Positions 9,920-21,466 are shown, counted from the first letter of the stretch. The stretch: 64,000 bases of DNA from Promethearchaeota archaeon (GCA_019058445.1 JAHPZA010000006.1:160001-224000); one strand, 5' to 3'. Program-made: numbers and translations. The notes: a model not told the origin generated them from the sequence alone.

Positions 9920-11206
9920 ATGGTTAGAGAAAAACCTACGTGGTATGAGACTCCGGCAATTCAGGATATGATGACTTCTTTAGGAGGAAAAGCGGTAAGA
10001 GGTGTAATGTCAAATTATTTCTCAGCGAATATATTAGCTGGAAAAGTGGGTTTAATCGGATTAACTGAATATTTAGAAGCAACTCTAGATCCAGAGGATA
10101 GAAGAGCTTTGATAATATGTGATGATTTCACACAAAGATATACTAAAAAGGTTACAGATCTTCTTGAAACAATAGATATGGATTATCAAATATATGCTAA
10201 GGTAATACCTGAAGTACCCTTTTATCAAATTGAAGAAACGGTTAAATTATGTGAGGAGTTTAAGCCAAAAGTTCTTATAGCAATTGGAGGAGGTAGCGTA
10301 ATGGATGCAACAAAAATCACAATGTTTGTCTATGAAAAACCTGAAGAAAATCTACTTTTAACCATCCCGATTGGCTCTATTGGTTTACGAAAAAAAATTA
10401 AATATTTAGTTGCGATACCCACTACCTCAGGTACTGGCTCTGAAGTAACCTCAGCCGCAGTCCTAACCGATACTGATAGAAATCCTCCGAAAAAAATAGA
10501 AATAATGACTAGTGAAGTAGTTCCCGATATTGCCGTATTAGATACGGATTTTGTAAAAGATATGCCTCCATTTCTCACGATGGCAACTGGTCTAGATGCT
10601 CTAGCTCATTCAGTTGGAAGTTATGTCACGAATTGGGGTACCCCCTATGTAGATGCAATGAATATTACGGCGATAAAGGAAATTATAAAATATCTTCCTC
10701 GTGCGTATAAACATGGCTCTGATTTGGAAGCCCGTGCTCACATGCAAATGGCTGCAACCATGGCAGGATTAGGATTTGGAAATTCAATTCCGGGTATTGA
10801 TCACTCTCTCGGACACAGCTTCGGAAAGGTTTTTGGAGTTCATCATGGTCTTTCTGTTGGGCTATTCACACCGTATTCTGTTGATTTTCAAAGGAAAGTT
10901 ACAGATAGGTGGATGGACTTATGTCCGATTTTTGGCGTAGAAATAAAAGGAAAACAAAAAGAGGATTTATTCAAAGAATTTATGCAATCGCTTAAAGATT
11001 TCATCCATTCTCTTGATGCTCCCACGTGTGTCAAAGATTTAAAAAATCCTGTAATAAATAAGGAAGAATATGTGGATAAGCTTGATCTTGTAGCTGACTA
11101 TGCTTTTAATGACGCAGTATCTCTCTTTTCTTATCGTACAATTACCCCCGAAATAATGAGAAAGATATTCGAATATGCTTGGGATGGTAAACCTATTGAT
11201 TTTTAA
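9920..11206 (+). CDS. Iron-containing alcohol dehydrogenase
   Basis: GGGSVMD, IPTTSGTGSE, GLDALAH and DHSLGH...HHG motifs. Confidence 0.92.
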   Translation: MVREKPTWYETPAIQDMMTSLGGKAVRGVMSNYFSANILAGKVGLIGLTEYLEATLDPEDRRALIICDDFTQRYTKKVTDLLETIDMDYQIYAKVIPEVPFYQIEETVKLCEEFKPKVLIAIGGGSVMDATKITMFVYEKPEENLLLTIPIGSIGLRKKIKYLVAIPTTSGTGSEVTSAAVLTDTDRNPPKKIEIMTSEVVPDIAVLDTDFVKDMPPFLTMATGLDALAHSVGSYVTNWGTPYVDAMNITAIKEIIKYLPRAYKHGSDLEARAHMQMAATMAGLGFGNSIPGIDHSLGHSFGKVFGVHHGLSVGLFTPYSVDFQRKVTDRWMDLCPIFGVEIKGKQKEDLFKEFMQSLKDFIHSLDAPTCVKDLKNPVINKEEYVDKLDLVADYAFNDAVSLFSYRTITPEIMRKIFEYAWDGKPIDF

Positions 11207-11230
11207 AATTAAATAAAAGGAGGAATAAAA

Positions 11231-13105
11231 ATGAGTGAAAATTTAAAAGGATATAATGGAAAGATTGCTTATGTGAATTTAAGTGAAGAGAAATTCGAGA
11301 TTAAAAATCTTGATGTTCAAATAGCAAAAGATTACTTGGGTGGTACTGGTTTAAGCGCAAAAATCATGTATGATATGCTGTCGGATGCTGATTATAATAC
11401 GTTAAAATCCGATCCTTATGCAGAGATCAATCCCTTGATATTTGCTACAGGTCCTGTCACAGGAACCGTGAGGCCTTCGTCTGGGAGGTATTCTGTATCG
11501 GCTATATCTCCACTCACAAAAATTTGGGGGGAGGGTACGTCGGGAGGTACTTTTTGCATCTCTTTGCGGAATAGTAGATTTGATGCAATAGTTATTACTG
11601 GAAAAGCAAAAAGCCCTTCTTATTTATATGTTCATGATGGAACTATTGAATTTAAGAGTGCGAGTAGTGTATGGGGAAAAGACACATATGAATCCCAAAA
11701 AGTCATTAAAAGTGAATTAAATAATGAAAAGGCAAAAGTCGCAACTATTGGAATTGCTGGGGAAAATTTAGTGAAATATGCGGGAATCATAAATGATGAG
11801 GGGAGAGCTGTAGGTAGATGCGGTATGGGCGCAATTATGGGTTCCAAGAATTTAAAAGCTATAGCAGTTCATGGTACAAATCCAGTTAAAATAGCAGATG
11901 CGGCACTTTCTAAGAAAATCTTAAATGAGGCTCAAGAGAGAGAGAAAGGAGATTTCATGAAGGCAGCTGTTTTTAATGTATTTCATCTTTACGGAACGAA
12001 TTCCTATTTAGATATTGGAATGGCATTAGGAGACACACCAGGGTATTATTTTACCAAATCCGAGTTTTATGCAGAAAAATTAACAGGAAAGACTTTGAAA
12101 GAAACATTTCCTGTTCTAAATTATGGTTGTGCGGGTTGTACATTACAATGTGGTAAAACTACAATTATCGAACATAATGGTCAAGAAATTGAAGTGGATG
12201 GTCCTGAATATGAGTCTGTTGGAGCTTTAGGAACAATGGTGGGGGTATTTGATCCGAAAAATGTAGTATTATCGAACCACATGTGTAATGTATACGGTTT
12301 TGACACTATCTCTGGAGGAGTTAGTATCTCATTTTTAATTTATTTGGTGGAAAATAATCTGGGAATCGAAAAAATCAAACAATTTTTGAAAGATATTAAA
12401 ATTGATGAAATAAGCTGGGGAAATGGAGAATTAATATTAAAATTAATTGATAAAATTGCAAAGAGAGATGATATTGGAGATTTACTGGCAGAAGGAGTGA
12501 GAGTTATGGCAGAGAAACTTGGAGTCGATCCCGAGTTAGCTGCTCATGTAAAGGGGTTAGAAATGCCGATGCATGATCCAAGAGCTTTTGATGGTCAAGC
12601 TTTAAGTTATATGACATGTTGCGTTGGAGCGAATCATGAAAAAGCGGATTGGTTTAGTGCTGAGATGGGAAATTTAGCCTATCCACCTCTACGAATTAAG
12701 GGTGGAGATTATCATAAAATTGATAGACGGGAGAGAGGTGTTAAGAATTTACAAGATCTTAGGGCAATTGATGACTCTGCGGTAAATTGTAATTTTCGGA
12801 ATCCGGATCTTGAAGATATCATCGGATATATTAATGCGGCTACTGGATTTAGTTATGATAGAAAAACACTTATGAAAGTTGGAGAACGCATTAATAACAT
12901 TAAAAGAGTTATAAATTGTAAGATGGGTATCACAAGAGCAGATGATAGACTCACTGGGATAAATACTAAAGTTTTGCCGATGGGAAAAATAGCGGGTGTA
13001 AAGCTTGATATAGAAAAGAACTTAGAACGCTATTATAAAGAGCGAGATTGGGATTGGGATACAGGAGCTCCTTCTCAAGAAAAATTAGATGAATTAGGAA
13101 TATAA
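11231..13105 (+). CDS. aor: Tungsten-dependent aldehyde:ferredoxin oxidoreductase
   Basis: GR.GMGAIMGSKNLKAI, CAGCTLQC, DGPEYE, DTIS, VKGLEMPMHDPR. Confidence 0.92.
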   Translation: MSENLKGYNGKIAYVNLSEEKFEIKNLDVQIAKDYLGGTGLSAKIMYDMLSDADYNTLKSDPYAEINPLIFATGPVTGTVRPSSGRYSVSAISPLTKIWGEGTSGGTFCISLRNSRFDAIVITGKAKSPSYLYVHDGTIEFKSASSVWGKDTYESQKVIKSELNNEKAKVATIGIAGENLVKYAGIINDEGRAVGRCGMGAIMGSKNLKAIAVHGTNPVKIADAALSKKILNEAQEREKGDFMKAAVFNVFHLYGTNSYLDIGMALGDTPGYYFTKSEFYAEKLTGKTLKETFPVLNYGCAGCTLQCGKTTIIEHNGQEIEVDGPEYESVGALGTMVGVFDPKNVVLSNHMCNVYGFDTISGGVSISFLIYLVENNLGIEKIKQFLKDIKIDEISWGNGELILKLIDKIAKRDDIGDLLAEGVRVMAEKLGVDPELAAHVKGLEMPMHDPRAFDGQALSYMTCCVGANHEKADWFSAEMGNLAYPPLRIKGGDYHKIDRRERGVKNLQDLRAIDDSAVNCNFRNPDLEDIIGYINAATGFSYDRKTLMKVGERINNIKRVINCKMGITRADDRLTGINTKVLPMGKIAGVKLDIEKNLERYYKERDWDWDTGAPSQEKLDELGI

Positions 13106-13200
13106 ACTTCTCAATATTTTTTTTTATTATTTATTTTTTTTTAAGATCTCTTTACTATACCCTTAAAATACTACATTCTACATAAAAAAAAAGAAAAAAA

Positions 13201-14388
13201 TTAAGTTAAAGTTAGATCTAAATGTATATCTGTAAGCGGATAGGAGATACAAGGATGGATAAATCCATAATTTTGGTCTATTTCACGAATAGTAACTTCG
13301 GGAGGCACGAAAACTTTACCAGAAACCATTTTTGTTCTACATAAAGCACATTGCCCTGAACGACACCCGTTTTCAATCATCAATCTTAGATCTTTCTGCC
13401 TTTCAATACTATTTAGGAGAGGTTCTATGCTAGAGGCCTCAAATGAAATCTGTTCTTTCTGACCCTGTGAGAGAAAGTCAAGGGTTACTTTGACTTTTTT
13501 AGAACCATCGATATCATTTGGCCAACCCATTACTTTTGTTATATCGTCAGGAACTCCAAATGCCTCATATTTTATACGATGAATAGGAATGTTTAGCGCA
13601 TTAAGTTCTCCTTCAATAAATTGATACATATTCAAGCTTCCAACAACATAAAAATATTTACCTTCAATGTTGCCAATAAAATTTAAGATTTCATTTTTAG
13701 TGATGAATCCACAGGCGCCCTTCCAATCTGATTCTGGCTCCGAAAGGATAAATTTCAGTTTTATATTTGAACGACGTGTTGCTATATCTTCAAGTTCTTT
13801 CCGAAATAAAATATCTTTTTCAGTTAAACATCCAAAAATTAAATACACGTTTAATGGTAAAGTGCGCTCAGTGATATCTCTTAACATCGATATAAAAGGA
13901 GTAATACCACACCCCCCAGCGATGAACACCAGATTCTGTCCGTGAAATAGAGTGTTATAAAAAAATTCTCCTAAGGGTCCTGTAGCCTCCAAGTTATCTC
14001 CAACTTTTAAATTTTCCAAAAGATATGGGCTAACAAAACCACCCTCTTTCTTTTTAATTCCTAATTCGTAATAGGCGAGATTATTTGGAGAGGAGACGAG
14101 TGAGTATGGCCGAGAGGTTCTTACTCCATTAATTTCTGCTGTAAGTCCAATATATTGTCCAGCTCGAAACGGAGATAGCAACTTCTTAGGATTTGCTGAG
14201 GTTAAACGGTATACCTTTGTATCCCATGAAAGTTCTTCTATATCACTCACTTGTAATACTAATTTCTCAGGATGAAGTCGCTCGCATAGATTTTCCAGAC
14301 CATCGTAATACCATGGGGTCTGCAAAGTTTGTTCTCGCTGTTTTTTAGCTTTTTCCGCGTTTTGATATTTTTTGATATCTTTCATCAT
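13201..14388 (-). CDS. FAD/NAD-binding oxidoreductase with C-terminal 2Fe-2S domain (PaaE/Hcr-like)
   Basis: FRAGQY, RPYSLVSSP, AGGCGITPF, CRSGQCALC...C. Confidence 0.88.
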   Translation of the reverse strand: MMKDIKKYQNAEKAKKQREQTLQTPWYYDGLENLCERLHPEKLVLQVSDIEELSWDTKVYRLTSANPKKLLSPFRAGQYIGLTAEINGVRTSRPYSLVSSPNNLAYYELGIKKKEGGFVSPYLLENLKVGDNLEATGPLGEFFYNTLFHGQNLVFIAGGCGITPFISMLRDITERTLPLNVYLIFGCLTEKDILFRKELEDIATRRSNIKLKFILSEPESDWKGACGFITKNEILNFIGNIEGKYFYVVGSLNMYQFIEGELNALNIPIHRIKYEAFGVPDDITKVMGWPNDIDGSKKVKVTLDFLSQGQKEQISFEASSIEPLLNSIERQKDLRLMIENGCRSGQCALCRTKMVSGKVFVPPEVTIREIDQNYGFIHPCISYPLTDIHLDLTLT

Positions 14389-14391
14389 CGT

Positions 14392-15945
14392 TTACCACTT
14401 CCCCTCCTTTTTATCTTTGAAATACATTCCAGCTGCAATTCTGCCACCTAGAATAGAAGTTGAAAAACCGCCTCCCATATTTGTCCATGCTCCCACTTGA
14501 TATAGCCCGGGAACTGCTCCCCTTGATTTTAAACGCAACATTGGCCCATTATCAACATCCTGAGTGGTTCCATAAATTGCACCCTCTATATTTTTAGAAT
14601 AACGGTAGTAAGTTAGAGGGGTTGCTGCTTCTGCAACCTCAATATAATCGCGAATATTGGGCGAAATAGTATCTTCAACTAATTTTATCATTCCATCAGC
14701 AATTTCGTCCTTTACACGAAAATATTGGTCAGCGGATATGCCTTGCCAAAGTTTCCCCATTTGAAGTGTAGTTAAAACTAATTGAGTTGTTCCCGGTGGA
14801 GATATATCCTCATAAATATGGTTATAACAGGCCGCCACCATATATTTAGGGGGCTCTAATTTCCTAAACGTATCAAATGCTTCATTTTGATCATAAGTGG
14901 TATTAATAAATGCCTCATGGGAAGTAAGCCCAAGTTCTTTATATGACGCATTCAATCCTATATATACTGAAAACCCAGATGGTCCGATTTCAGGTGCATA
15001 AATACTCTTCTTATAACTGTCAGGCACAACTTCAGGAGGAAGCATTTTCATTGCAGTGCAAATCGGATTTACATTTGATACAATTGCTTTACATTTGTAT
15101 ATATCGCCATTCAAAAGGTCTACTCCGCAAACATGGCCATTATCAACGAGAATTCGGTTAACAAGAGCATTATATCTTACTTCACCGCCTAATTCTTCAA
15201 ACGCCTCGACCATCGCTGTAGTGAGTGAATGAGATCTTCCAATGGGAAATGCTGCACCCCATCTCAAAAAGAATATGAGCATTGCAATATAAACATACGC
15301 ATTAGCTCTATCAGGAGGGACTCCCACGTACCCCCACATCTGTGATATTACAGCTATGAGCTTTTTATCTGTAAAAAACTTTTCATATAACTCTGAAAGT
15401 GTAAGACCTGATACTCGAGGGAGCCAAGGATGTTCCTTTAATACTTCTTGAGGTGAAAACCTGCCCCCTTTGGATGCGATATACTCAATTCCTGCTAAAA
15501 CAGCTTTACACATCTCCATAAATTCTTCTATTCCTTGTTTTTCATGAGGGAAAAGCTCTATTAATTTGTCAGTATATTCCTGTATGCCAAACGGTAGTAT
15601 CACATCATATCCATCATAATAGATACTCCGGTACATTTCAGGAACTTGTTTAAACTTAAGCTTATGAGGTACTACACCTAATCTTTCTAAATACCTGTAG
15701 AGCCCTCCTCTATCTTCTTCAGTGCCAATATCGCTTAGTTCGTGCAAAGCACCCTCGAATTCAAATCTCCCCCTTACAAATGAAGTCGCAAATCCTCCCG
15801 GTACATTATGTTTTTCTAGTAGTAATACTTTCTCTCCAGCTAAGGCAATTTGGCAAGCTGCTCCTAGCCCTCCCAATCCAGCACCAATAACAATTACCGG
15901 ATAACTCGAAATTACTTTATTTTCATTAAAATTACTTGATACCAT
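14392..15945 (-). CDS. Phytoene desaturase / retinol-saturase-like FAD-dependent oxidoreductase
   Basis: GAGLGGL, EKHNVPGG.ATSF.RG.F.FE, ATPLTY.RY...GAIYG, GLYQVG. Confidence 0.85.
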   Translation of the reverse strand: MVSSNFNENKVISSYPVIVIGAGLGGLGAACQIALAGEKVLLLEKHNVPGGFATSFVRGRFEFEGALHELSDIGTEEDRGGLYRYLERLGVVPHKLKFKQVPEMYRSIYYDGYDVILPFGIQEYTDKLIELFPHEKQGIEEFMEMCKAVLAGIEYIASKGGRFSPQEVLKEHPWLPRVSGLTLSELYEKFFTDKKLIAVISQMWGYVGVPPDRANAYVYIAMLIFFLRWGAAFPIGRSHSLTTAMVEAFEELGGEVRYNALVNRILVDNGHVCGVDLLNGDIYKCKAIVSNVNPICTAMKMLPPEVVPDSYKKSIYAPEIGPSGFSVYIGLNASYKELGLTSHEAFINTTYDQNEAFDTFRKLEPPKYMVAACYNHIYEDISPPGTTQLVLTTLQMGKLWQGISADQYFRVKDEIADGMIKLVEDTISPNIRDYIEVAEAATPLTYYRYSKNIEGAIYGTTQDVDNGPMLRLKSRGAVPGLYQVGAWTNMGGGFSTSILGGRIAAGMYFKDKKEGKW

Positions 15946-16177
15946 AAGAATTAACCTTCTCAGATTACTTTTAAAATTTTTTTTTTCTCTTGTGTTTTTA
16001 TTGATTAGATCAAATTCTATCTATGCCGAAATTTAGTAGACTTAGTATATTCTTAACCTTTTTAAAGAAATAAAAGATTTATAAGTGTCTATACCGAAGA
16101 GAATATAACCAAAATTTAAAATAAGAAATATAATTTTACTTAAAAATTTCAACTAAAAACGACAAAAATTAAAAAAA

Positions 16178-16786
16178 ATGATTAAAATGGATAAAACTCA
16201 AAAAAAAATAATATTCTTCGTGCTTCTCATTGTTTTTGTTATTACCTTTCTTATTCATCTCGGAATGATATACCCTTTTATTAGATATGTACTTCGGCAG
16301 GAAGCTATGATTGAATTCATTTATATGATAATTTTTATTATAGCGTTTATCATCATAACTGGATGCTCTATCCCTATAGTTAATTTTCTTGAGGTTCGGA
16401 AAGCTTGGTTAATATATATGCCTTTTTTGTTAATCAATTTAGGATTAGCTTTGATAATGTCTTCATATCTATTATTTCTTATTTCAGCGGTAACTTTAGG
16501 TATAGGGTTTGCAGGAACATTATTCATAATTAATTTTGCATTGAACTTTAATGAAGAGGGAGATAAAACAAGAATTCAAAGCTGTGTTTATGCGCTTATA
16601 TTAAGTCTTTTGATCGGATTTATACTGATTGGATTAAGTTGGATGGGACTTGGAATTAATCTATTTGCATCTGAAACAGATGTTATATCACCGGGGGAGA
16701 TTTTAAGAATAAGACTTCTAATGATGATCTTTCCAGCATCCGCCATATTAATTGGAATAATAGTGGTTTTAATGGAGAAAGGTTAG
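16178..16786 (+). CDS. Multi-pass membrane protein (MFS-fragment-like), unknown function
   Basis: About 6 hydrophobic segments in 202 aa. Confidence 0.65.
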   Translation: MIKMDKTQKKIIFFVLLIVFVITFLIHLGMIYPFIRYVLRQEAMIEFIYMIIFIIAFIIITGCSIPIVNFLEVRKAWLIYMPFLLINLGLALIMSSYLLFLISAVTLGIGFAGTLFIINFALNFNEEGDKTRIQSCVYALILSLLIGFILIGLSWMGLGINLFASETDVISPGEILRIRLLMMIFPASAILIGIIVVLMEKG

Positions 16787-16890
16787 GAAAAGTAAATTCA
16801 ACATTTTAGAAGAAAAATTTTTTTTTCCCCTATTGGGGAGTGTTTAGTTAAAATCACTGTAAGTGAGGCATTAGAATTAATTGTAAGAGT

Positions 16891-17706
16891 TTAACGTCCT
16901 ACAAATACAGGATCTCTTTTTTCTTTAAGAGCATCCATCGATTCCCTAAAATCTTTTGATGCAAAGAGTTTTCTTAGTGCCTTATTTTCTAAATCGAGTG
17001 TTTTACTTAATATATCACTGAAATAGGCATGCATTGTTTTCTTCATTAATTTTATTGAAAGACTCGGCCCCTTAGGAGGGATAAGTCGAAGCGCTTGCTC
17101 TCTTGCATACGGGATTAATTCATCAGCAGGAAGTACTTTATTAATAAGTCCAAGTTCATAAGCTTCTTGAGCGTGTACTTGCTTGCCGAAATAACAGATT
17201 TCTTTCGCTTTTTGAAAGCCAATTAGAAAAGGAAGAACAAAATTAAGTGCAAATTCAGGCACTATAGCTCTCCTGCTAAAATAAAATCCCAGCCATGCCT
17301 CTTGTGCCATATAAATTAAATCGGAACATGCTAACGGCATAGTAACACCACCTCCTATTGCCATTCCATTAATCGCGCTAATCACGGGTTTATCAAAATT
17401 CCACATTTTCAAGCATAATTTCTTCTGTGCTATATCCATAAGGTCAATCTCGGGAAATTTCTGCATTTTATGAAACATTTCCTTTTTAAAATATCCTCCA
17501 GAGGTAAACGCGTCCCCTTTTGGATCCCCAGTCATAATTAAAACTTTCGCATTTTTATCTTTTTCCATGTCTTCGATGACAGTATAAATTTCTAAAAAGG
17601 TAATGTATGTGACTGCATTCCGTATTTCAGGTCTACTCAGAGTGACCGTACAAATCCCATTTTCTTCCTTTTCATATTTTATATCTTCAAAATCTTCAAT
17701 TTGCAT
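16891..17706 (-). CDS. Enoyl-CoA hydratase/isomerase
   Basis: AFTSGG, KPVISAINGMAIGGG, AQEAYELGLINKV. Confidence 0.92.
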   Translation of the reverse strand: MQIEDFEDIKYEKEENGICTVTLSRPEIRNAVTYITFLEIYTVIEDMEKDKNAKVLIMTGDPKGDAFTSGGYFKKEMFHKMQKFPEIDLMDIAQKKLCLKMWNFDKPVISAINGMAIGGGVTMPLACSDLIYMAQEAWLGFYFSRRAIVPEFALNFVLPFLIGFQKAKEICYFGKQVHAQEAYELGLINKVLPADELIPYAREQALRLIPPKGPSLSIKLMKKTMHAYFSDILSKTLDLENKALRKLFASKDFRESMDALKEKRDPVFVGR

Positions 17707-17855
17707 TGTTTTTTGCCATTTCTTAATTATTTCAAGTTAATAATTCAAGTCTAAGTAAATTTAATTTATAAACTCAAATTATTTTATTTTCCAAATTAAT
17801 ATAATTATAAAAAAATAATATGAAAAAAAAAATAACCGATTTATCGATTTTTCTA

Positions 17856-19544
17856 CTATTCTTGTCTAAGTTCCTTTTTCAAAACCTTTCCAACCAAACT
17901 TAACGGTAATTCTTCCTTAAACTCATAGATCTTGGGAACTTCGTATTTTGAAAGATGTTCTTGAGCATATTGTTTTATACTTTCCTTTACTGCTTCTGAT
18001 GCCTCAACTCCCTCTTTCAATTGAACTACTGCCTTTACAATTTCGGCACCAGGTCTGTCTGGATTAGGGACACCTATAATTGCTATTAATTGAATGTCAG
18101 GATGTTTTGTCATTATATCTTCAACGTGTACACTATATACTTTAAATCCACTGACAATTAACATATCCTTTGTACGATCGACAATAGTTAAATAACCTTC
18201 CTCATCAAAGACACCTACATCCCCTGTATGAAGCCATCCATCGATGTATGTTTTCGCCGTAGCTTCTGGTTTTTTATAATATCGTTTAGTAATCTGCGGA
18301 CCTTTTAAGCATACTTCGCCGGGCTGTCCAACTGGTACTTCTTCCCCCGTTTCTACATCTACAAGTTTGAAGTCAGTATCGGGGAGAGGTAGACCTACAG
18401 TTCCAATTTTTTTCTTCCCTAAAGCGGGATTTACTGATACTAAAACTGCAGATTCCGTCATTCCATAAACTTCAACGAATTTATTCTCTGAGTGGAAATC
18501 TTTTTCAAAGTCTCTAACTGCTTCAGCTGGAAAAGGGGCTGCCCCAGAAATATATAAATTTATATTATCTAGAGTTTCAGGTGGTATTTTTTTAGCCTTA
18601 GGATTATCCTGAATCATTAAAAATAAAGTAGGGACGTTTCCAAATACTGTTGGCTTTTTATCAATTATTTCTTTTATCATGTGGTTAGTGTCTCTCGGAT
18701 TAGCGATGATGATATGTGATGCTCCGATATAGGTTAAGAATAAACCAACGAATAATCCTGCTAAATGAAAGTATGGAAATGCCGAAATAACTATATCTGT
18801 TCCGTGTTTTCTGTTAAGCCATGTATTGAACTGAATACTATTCGCACATAAATTAGCATGTGTAATTTCAGTTCCTTTAGGGCGTCCAGTAGTTCCTCCA
18901 GTGTATTGTATTAACATTAAATCTTTATGAGGATCCATCGAAACTGGTTTTACATCGATTTCCGTATCGATAGCTTCTTGGAAAGGCACAACTTTTTTGC
19001 CTGGATATGGAACCATTTTTCCTTTTGGAATTTTTCCTAGTAGTTTCGCTATCCCTACTATAAACCCCGGGAGATTCATCATCTCAGCTATATTTGTAGG
19101 AATTATAACTTCGAGCTTTGGAATTTTATCTAAAATGTTTCCAATTATCTTTTCATGGACGATATCCATTGTAACAAGAAATTTTGCATCTGAATCATTT
19201 ATCTGATATGCAATTTCATCAGCACTCATAAGAGGTGAACATCCTGATGACACTCCTCCCGCTATATATGTCCCATAAAGTGCGATTAAATACTGCGGGC
19301 AGTTTGGGATATTCATTGCTACAACATCTCCCTTTTTCAATCCATTTTTTTGCAAAAAGGTGGCAAATTTCCGAGAAAGCTCTAATACTTCCCTATATGT
19401 CAGCACATTCTTCATAAAATAAAATGCTACTCTGTCCGGAAAGGCTTCCATAGCCCGTGTTAAAATTGTCCCAAAATCTTCATATTTATAGGTAAGGCTC
19501 TCAGGAACATGTTTATCATATGATTTTAACCAAATTTTTTCCAT
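17856..19544 (-). CDS. Long-chain acyl-CoA synthetase (AMP-forming)
   Basis: YTGGTTGRPKG, YGMTE, WLHTGD, DRTKD, GKVLK. Confidence 0.93.
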   Translation of the reverse strand: MEKIWLKSYDKHVPESLTYKYEDFGTILTRAMEAFPDRVAFYFMKNVLTYREVLELSRKFATFLQKNGLKKGDVVAMNIPNCPQYLIALYGTYIAGGVSSGCSPLMSADEIAYQINDSDAKFLVTMDIVHEKIIGNILDKIPKLEVIIPTNIAEMMNLPGFIVGIAKLLGKIPKGKMVPYPGKKVVPFQEAIDTEIDVKPVSMDPHKDLMLIQYTGGTTGRPKGTEITHANLCANSIQFNTWLNRKHGTDIVISAFPYFHLAGLFVGLFLTYIGASHIIIANPRDTNHMIKEIIDKKPTVFGNVPTLFLMIQDNPKAKKIPPETLDNINLYISGAAPFPAEAVRDFEKDFHSENKFVEVYGMTESAVLVSVNPALGKKKIGTVGLPLPDTDFKLVDVETGEEVPVGQPGEVCLKGPQITKRYYKKPEATAKTYIDGWLHTGDVGVFDEEGYLTIVDRTKDMLIVSGFKVYSVHVEDIMTKHPDIQLIAIIGVPNPDRPGAEIVKAVVQLKEGVEASEAVKESIKQYAQEHLSKYEVPKIYEFKEELPLSLVGKVLKKELRQE

Positions 19545-19694
19545 TTAACTCACTATTTTCAAAATTAATTTGTTAATTATTTATTTTGCTTTAGTGGAAT
19601 TTAATACTTTTCAAAATCTTGAATTAAATTATTCATTCTAATTAGAGAAAATAATAAAAAAAAGAGATTTAAAATTTAGAAATCTTTACATTAG

Positions 19695-20210
19695 CTATTT
19701 TTCTTGTTCCTTTTTGTTAAGTTCAACTGCCGGATCTTCAAGAGCATCATAATAATCGATATCAAACCACGAACCCGTCCTTTCTTTTGCCCATACAGCT
19801 TTTACTGGCATTCCAATATAGACAGAATGAAAATCAATATCTTTCGGCATATTATGAAGCCAAATTGTGTCGGCTCCATCTTGACGAACTGCAATAACGG
19901 GTAATGGTCTTTCACGATTTTTATCATCAGCCTCATAAGTGGCGGAGCCAGTAGCTATAGTTCCAGTCTCTGGCAAACGAACCCATTGATCTGGCATTAC
20001 TAAGCATCGTCCACATATTAATCTCGGGGGAAATGAGACTGTATTGCACGACCGGCATTTTAATCCTAAACAAACTCCATCTTTTAGCCCTTTAAGAAAG
20101 ACTTTTGTTCTCGACAAATTAAATTTATATTTATAATTCATTAAATACCAGTTTCCATGCAAGGTTCTTGTCTTTTTATATTGCTTTTTAATATAGTCTG
20201 GTAGTGGCAT
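19695..20210 (-). CDS. DUF35 family Zn-ribbon/OB-fold protein
   Basis: CRSC...PPRLICGRC, QDGAD, VKAVW. Confidence 0.88.
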   Translation of the reverse strand: MPLPDYIKKQYKKTRTLHGNWYLMNYKYKFNLSRTKVFLKGLKDGVCLGLKCRSCNTVSFPPRLICGRCLVMPDQWVRLPETGTIATGSATYEADDKNRERPLPVIAVRQDGADTIWLHNMPKDIDFHSVYIGMPVKAVWAKERTGSWFDIDYYDALEDPAVELNKKEQEK

Positions 20211-20218
20211 TCTTTATT

Positions 20219-21463
20219 TCACCTCCATTTTCTCTGTGGTTCATCGGACATCACCACATGAGTTATTAAATTGATAGAACCGCCCCAACCATGTCCTAAA
20301 GCAGTGTGAACTGTTTTTGGTACTTGGTTGCCAGCTTTTCCCATAATTTGTAGAGCAGCTTCAGCTGGCCGTTCCATAGCAGAAGCTCCAATCGCATTTG
20401 TCGAATTGACGCCGCCAGAACAGTTCACAGGTAATTCTCCATTAAGCGCAGTAACTCCATTCCGATATGCTTCTGGAGCCTGATTTTCTTCAAAAAGCCC
20501 AATTCTTTCAACCCACATCAATTCTTGATTTGGGAATGGAGAATAAACTTCCGCATAATCAATTTCCTTATTGGGAAATGAAATACCTGCTTGTCCATAT
20601 GCCACCTCAGCTGATTTCATCGCTCCCAGTTGTTCGCACGGATCAGTTTGGCCTGCACCTGCACAATCTATCCCTATAATGGCCGATTCATTGCTGTAAC
20701 TCGCAACACCATTGATATAGACGGGAATGTCCGCTATTTGCTTCGCTTTTTCTTCAGTTGTAATTAACATCGCGCAAGCACCATCAGAGGCAGGACATAC
20801 CATTCCAAATCTCAGAGGAAAAGAGATATATGGTGTGTCGAGTACATCCTCTATGGTAATCGTAGGCATTTTTAAATGCGTCCACCAATTTTTTGCAGCA
20901 TTTCTTCTATTTTGGACAACAACGCGGGCTAGATCCTCTTCAGTTGCCCGACTACGCCTCATATAATTCATAGCTTGATAAGAAGCTACTCCAATTGCAG
21001 CTCCGGAACCCATATTTGATCTCATCCTCTCAATGGTATAGCCTAAATCAGAAAAAATAGAAAATTCTCCTAATGCTACAGATGCTAAACCTACTGTGGT
21101 ATCCCCACATGATTGCTGCTCGAAACCGATGCATAAAACCATGTCGTATAATCCTGAGGCTACACTGTAATAACCAGCTATTGTAACAGAACCTCCTGTA
21201 GTTCCGCCTGTGGTAACCCGGAGCAACGGTTTATTTTTAGAGGCCATGTGATCTCCCATCCATAATTCTGGCATATTCGCCCCTTCAAATGCGGGCATAT
21301 TACCATTGACAACCGCATCTATGTCCTTCCAATCGATATTTGCTTTTGTAATACAATCCTCAACCGCTTCATTGACCAATTCTGCCATGTTCACATCAGA
21401 ACGTTTAGATGCGTGTTCACAAAACCCACAGCTTATTATTGCTGGTTGTACTTTATGTGCCAT
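20219..21463 (-). CDS. Thiolase-like protein, Ltp3-like (lacks the canonical N-terminal catalytic Cys)
   Basis: RVTTGGTTGG, CPASDGACA, VNCSGGVNSTNAIGA. Confidence 0.85.
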   Translation of the reverse strand: MAHKVQPAIISCGFCEHASKRSDVNMAELVNEAVEDCITKANIDWKDIDAVVNGNMPAFEGANMPELWMGDHMASKNKPLLRVTTGGTTGGSVTIAGYYSVASGLYDMVLCIGFEQQSCGDTTVGLASVALGEFSIFSDLGYTIERMRSNMGSGAAIGVASYQAMNYMRRSRATEEDLARVVVQNRRNAAKNWWTHLKMPTITIEDVLDTPYISFPLRFGMVCPASDGACAMLITTEEKAKQIADIPVYINGVASYSNESAIIGIDCAGAGQTDPCEQLGAMKSAEVAYGQAGISFPNKEIDYAEVYSPFPNQELMWVERIGLFEENQAPEAYRNGVTALNGELPVNCSGGVNSTNAIGASAMERPAEAALQIMGKAGNQVPKTVHTALGHGWGGSINLITHVVMSDEPQRKWR

Positions 21464-21466
21464 TTT

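Noticed and set aside
16825-16840. Hairpin TTCCCC-TATT-GGGGAG between convergent genes
   Set aside because: Possibly a terminator, but too short to support a call.
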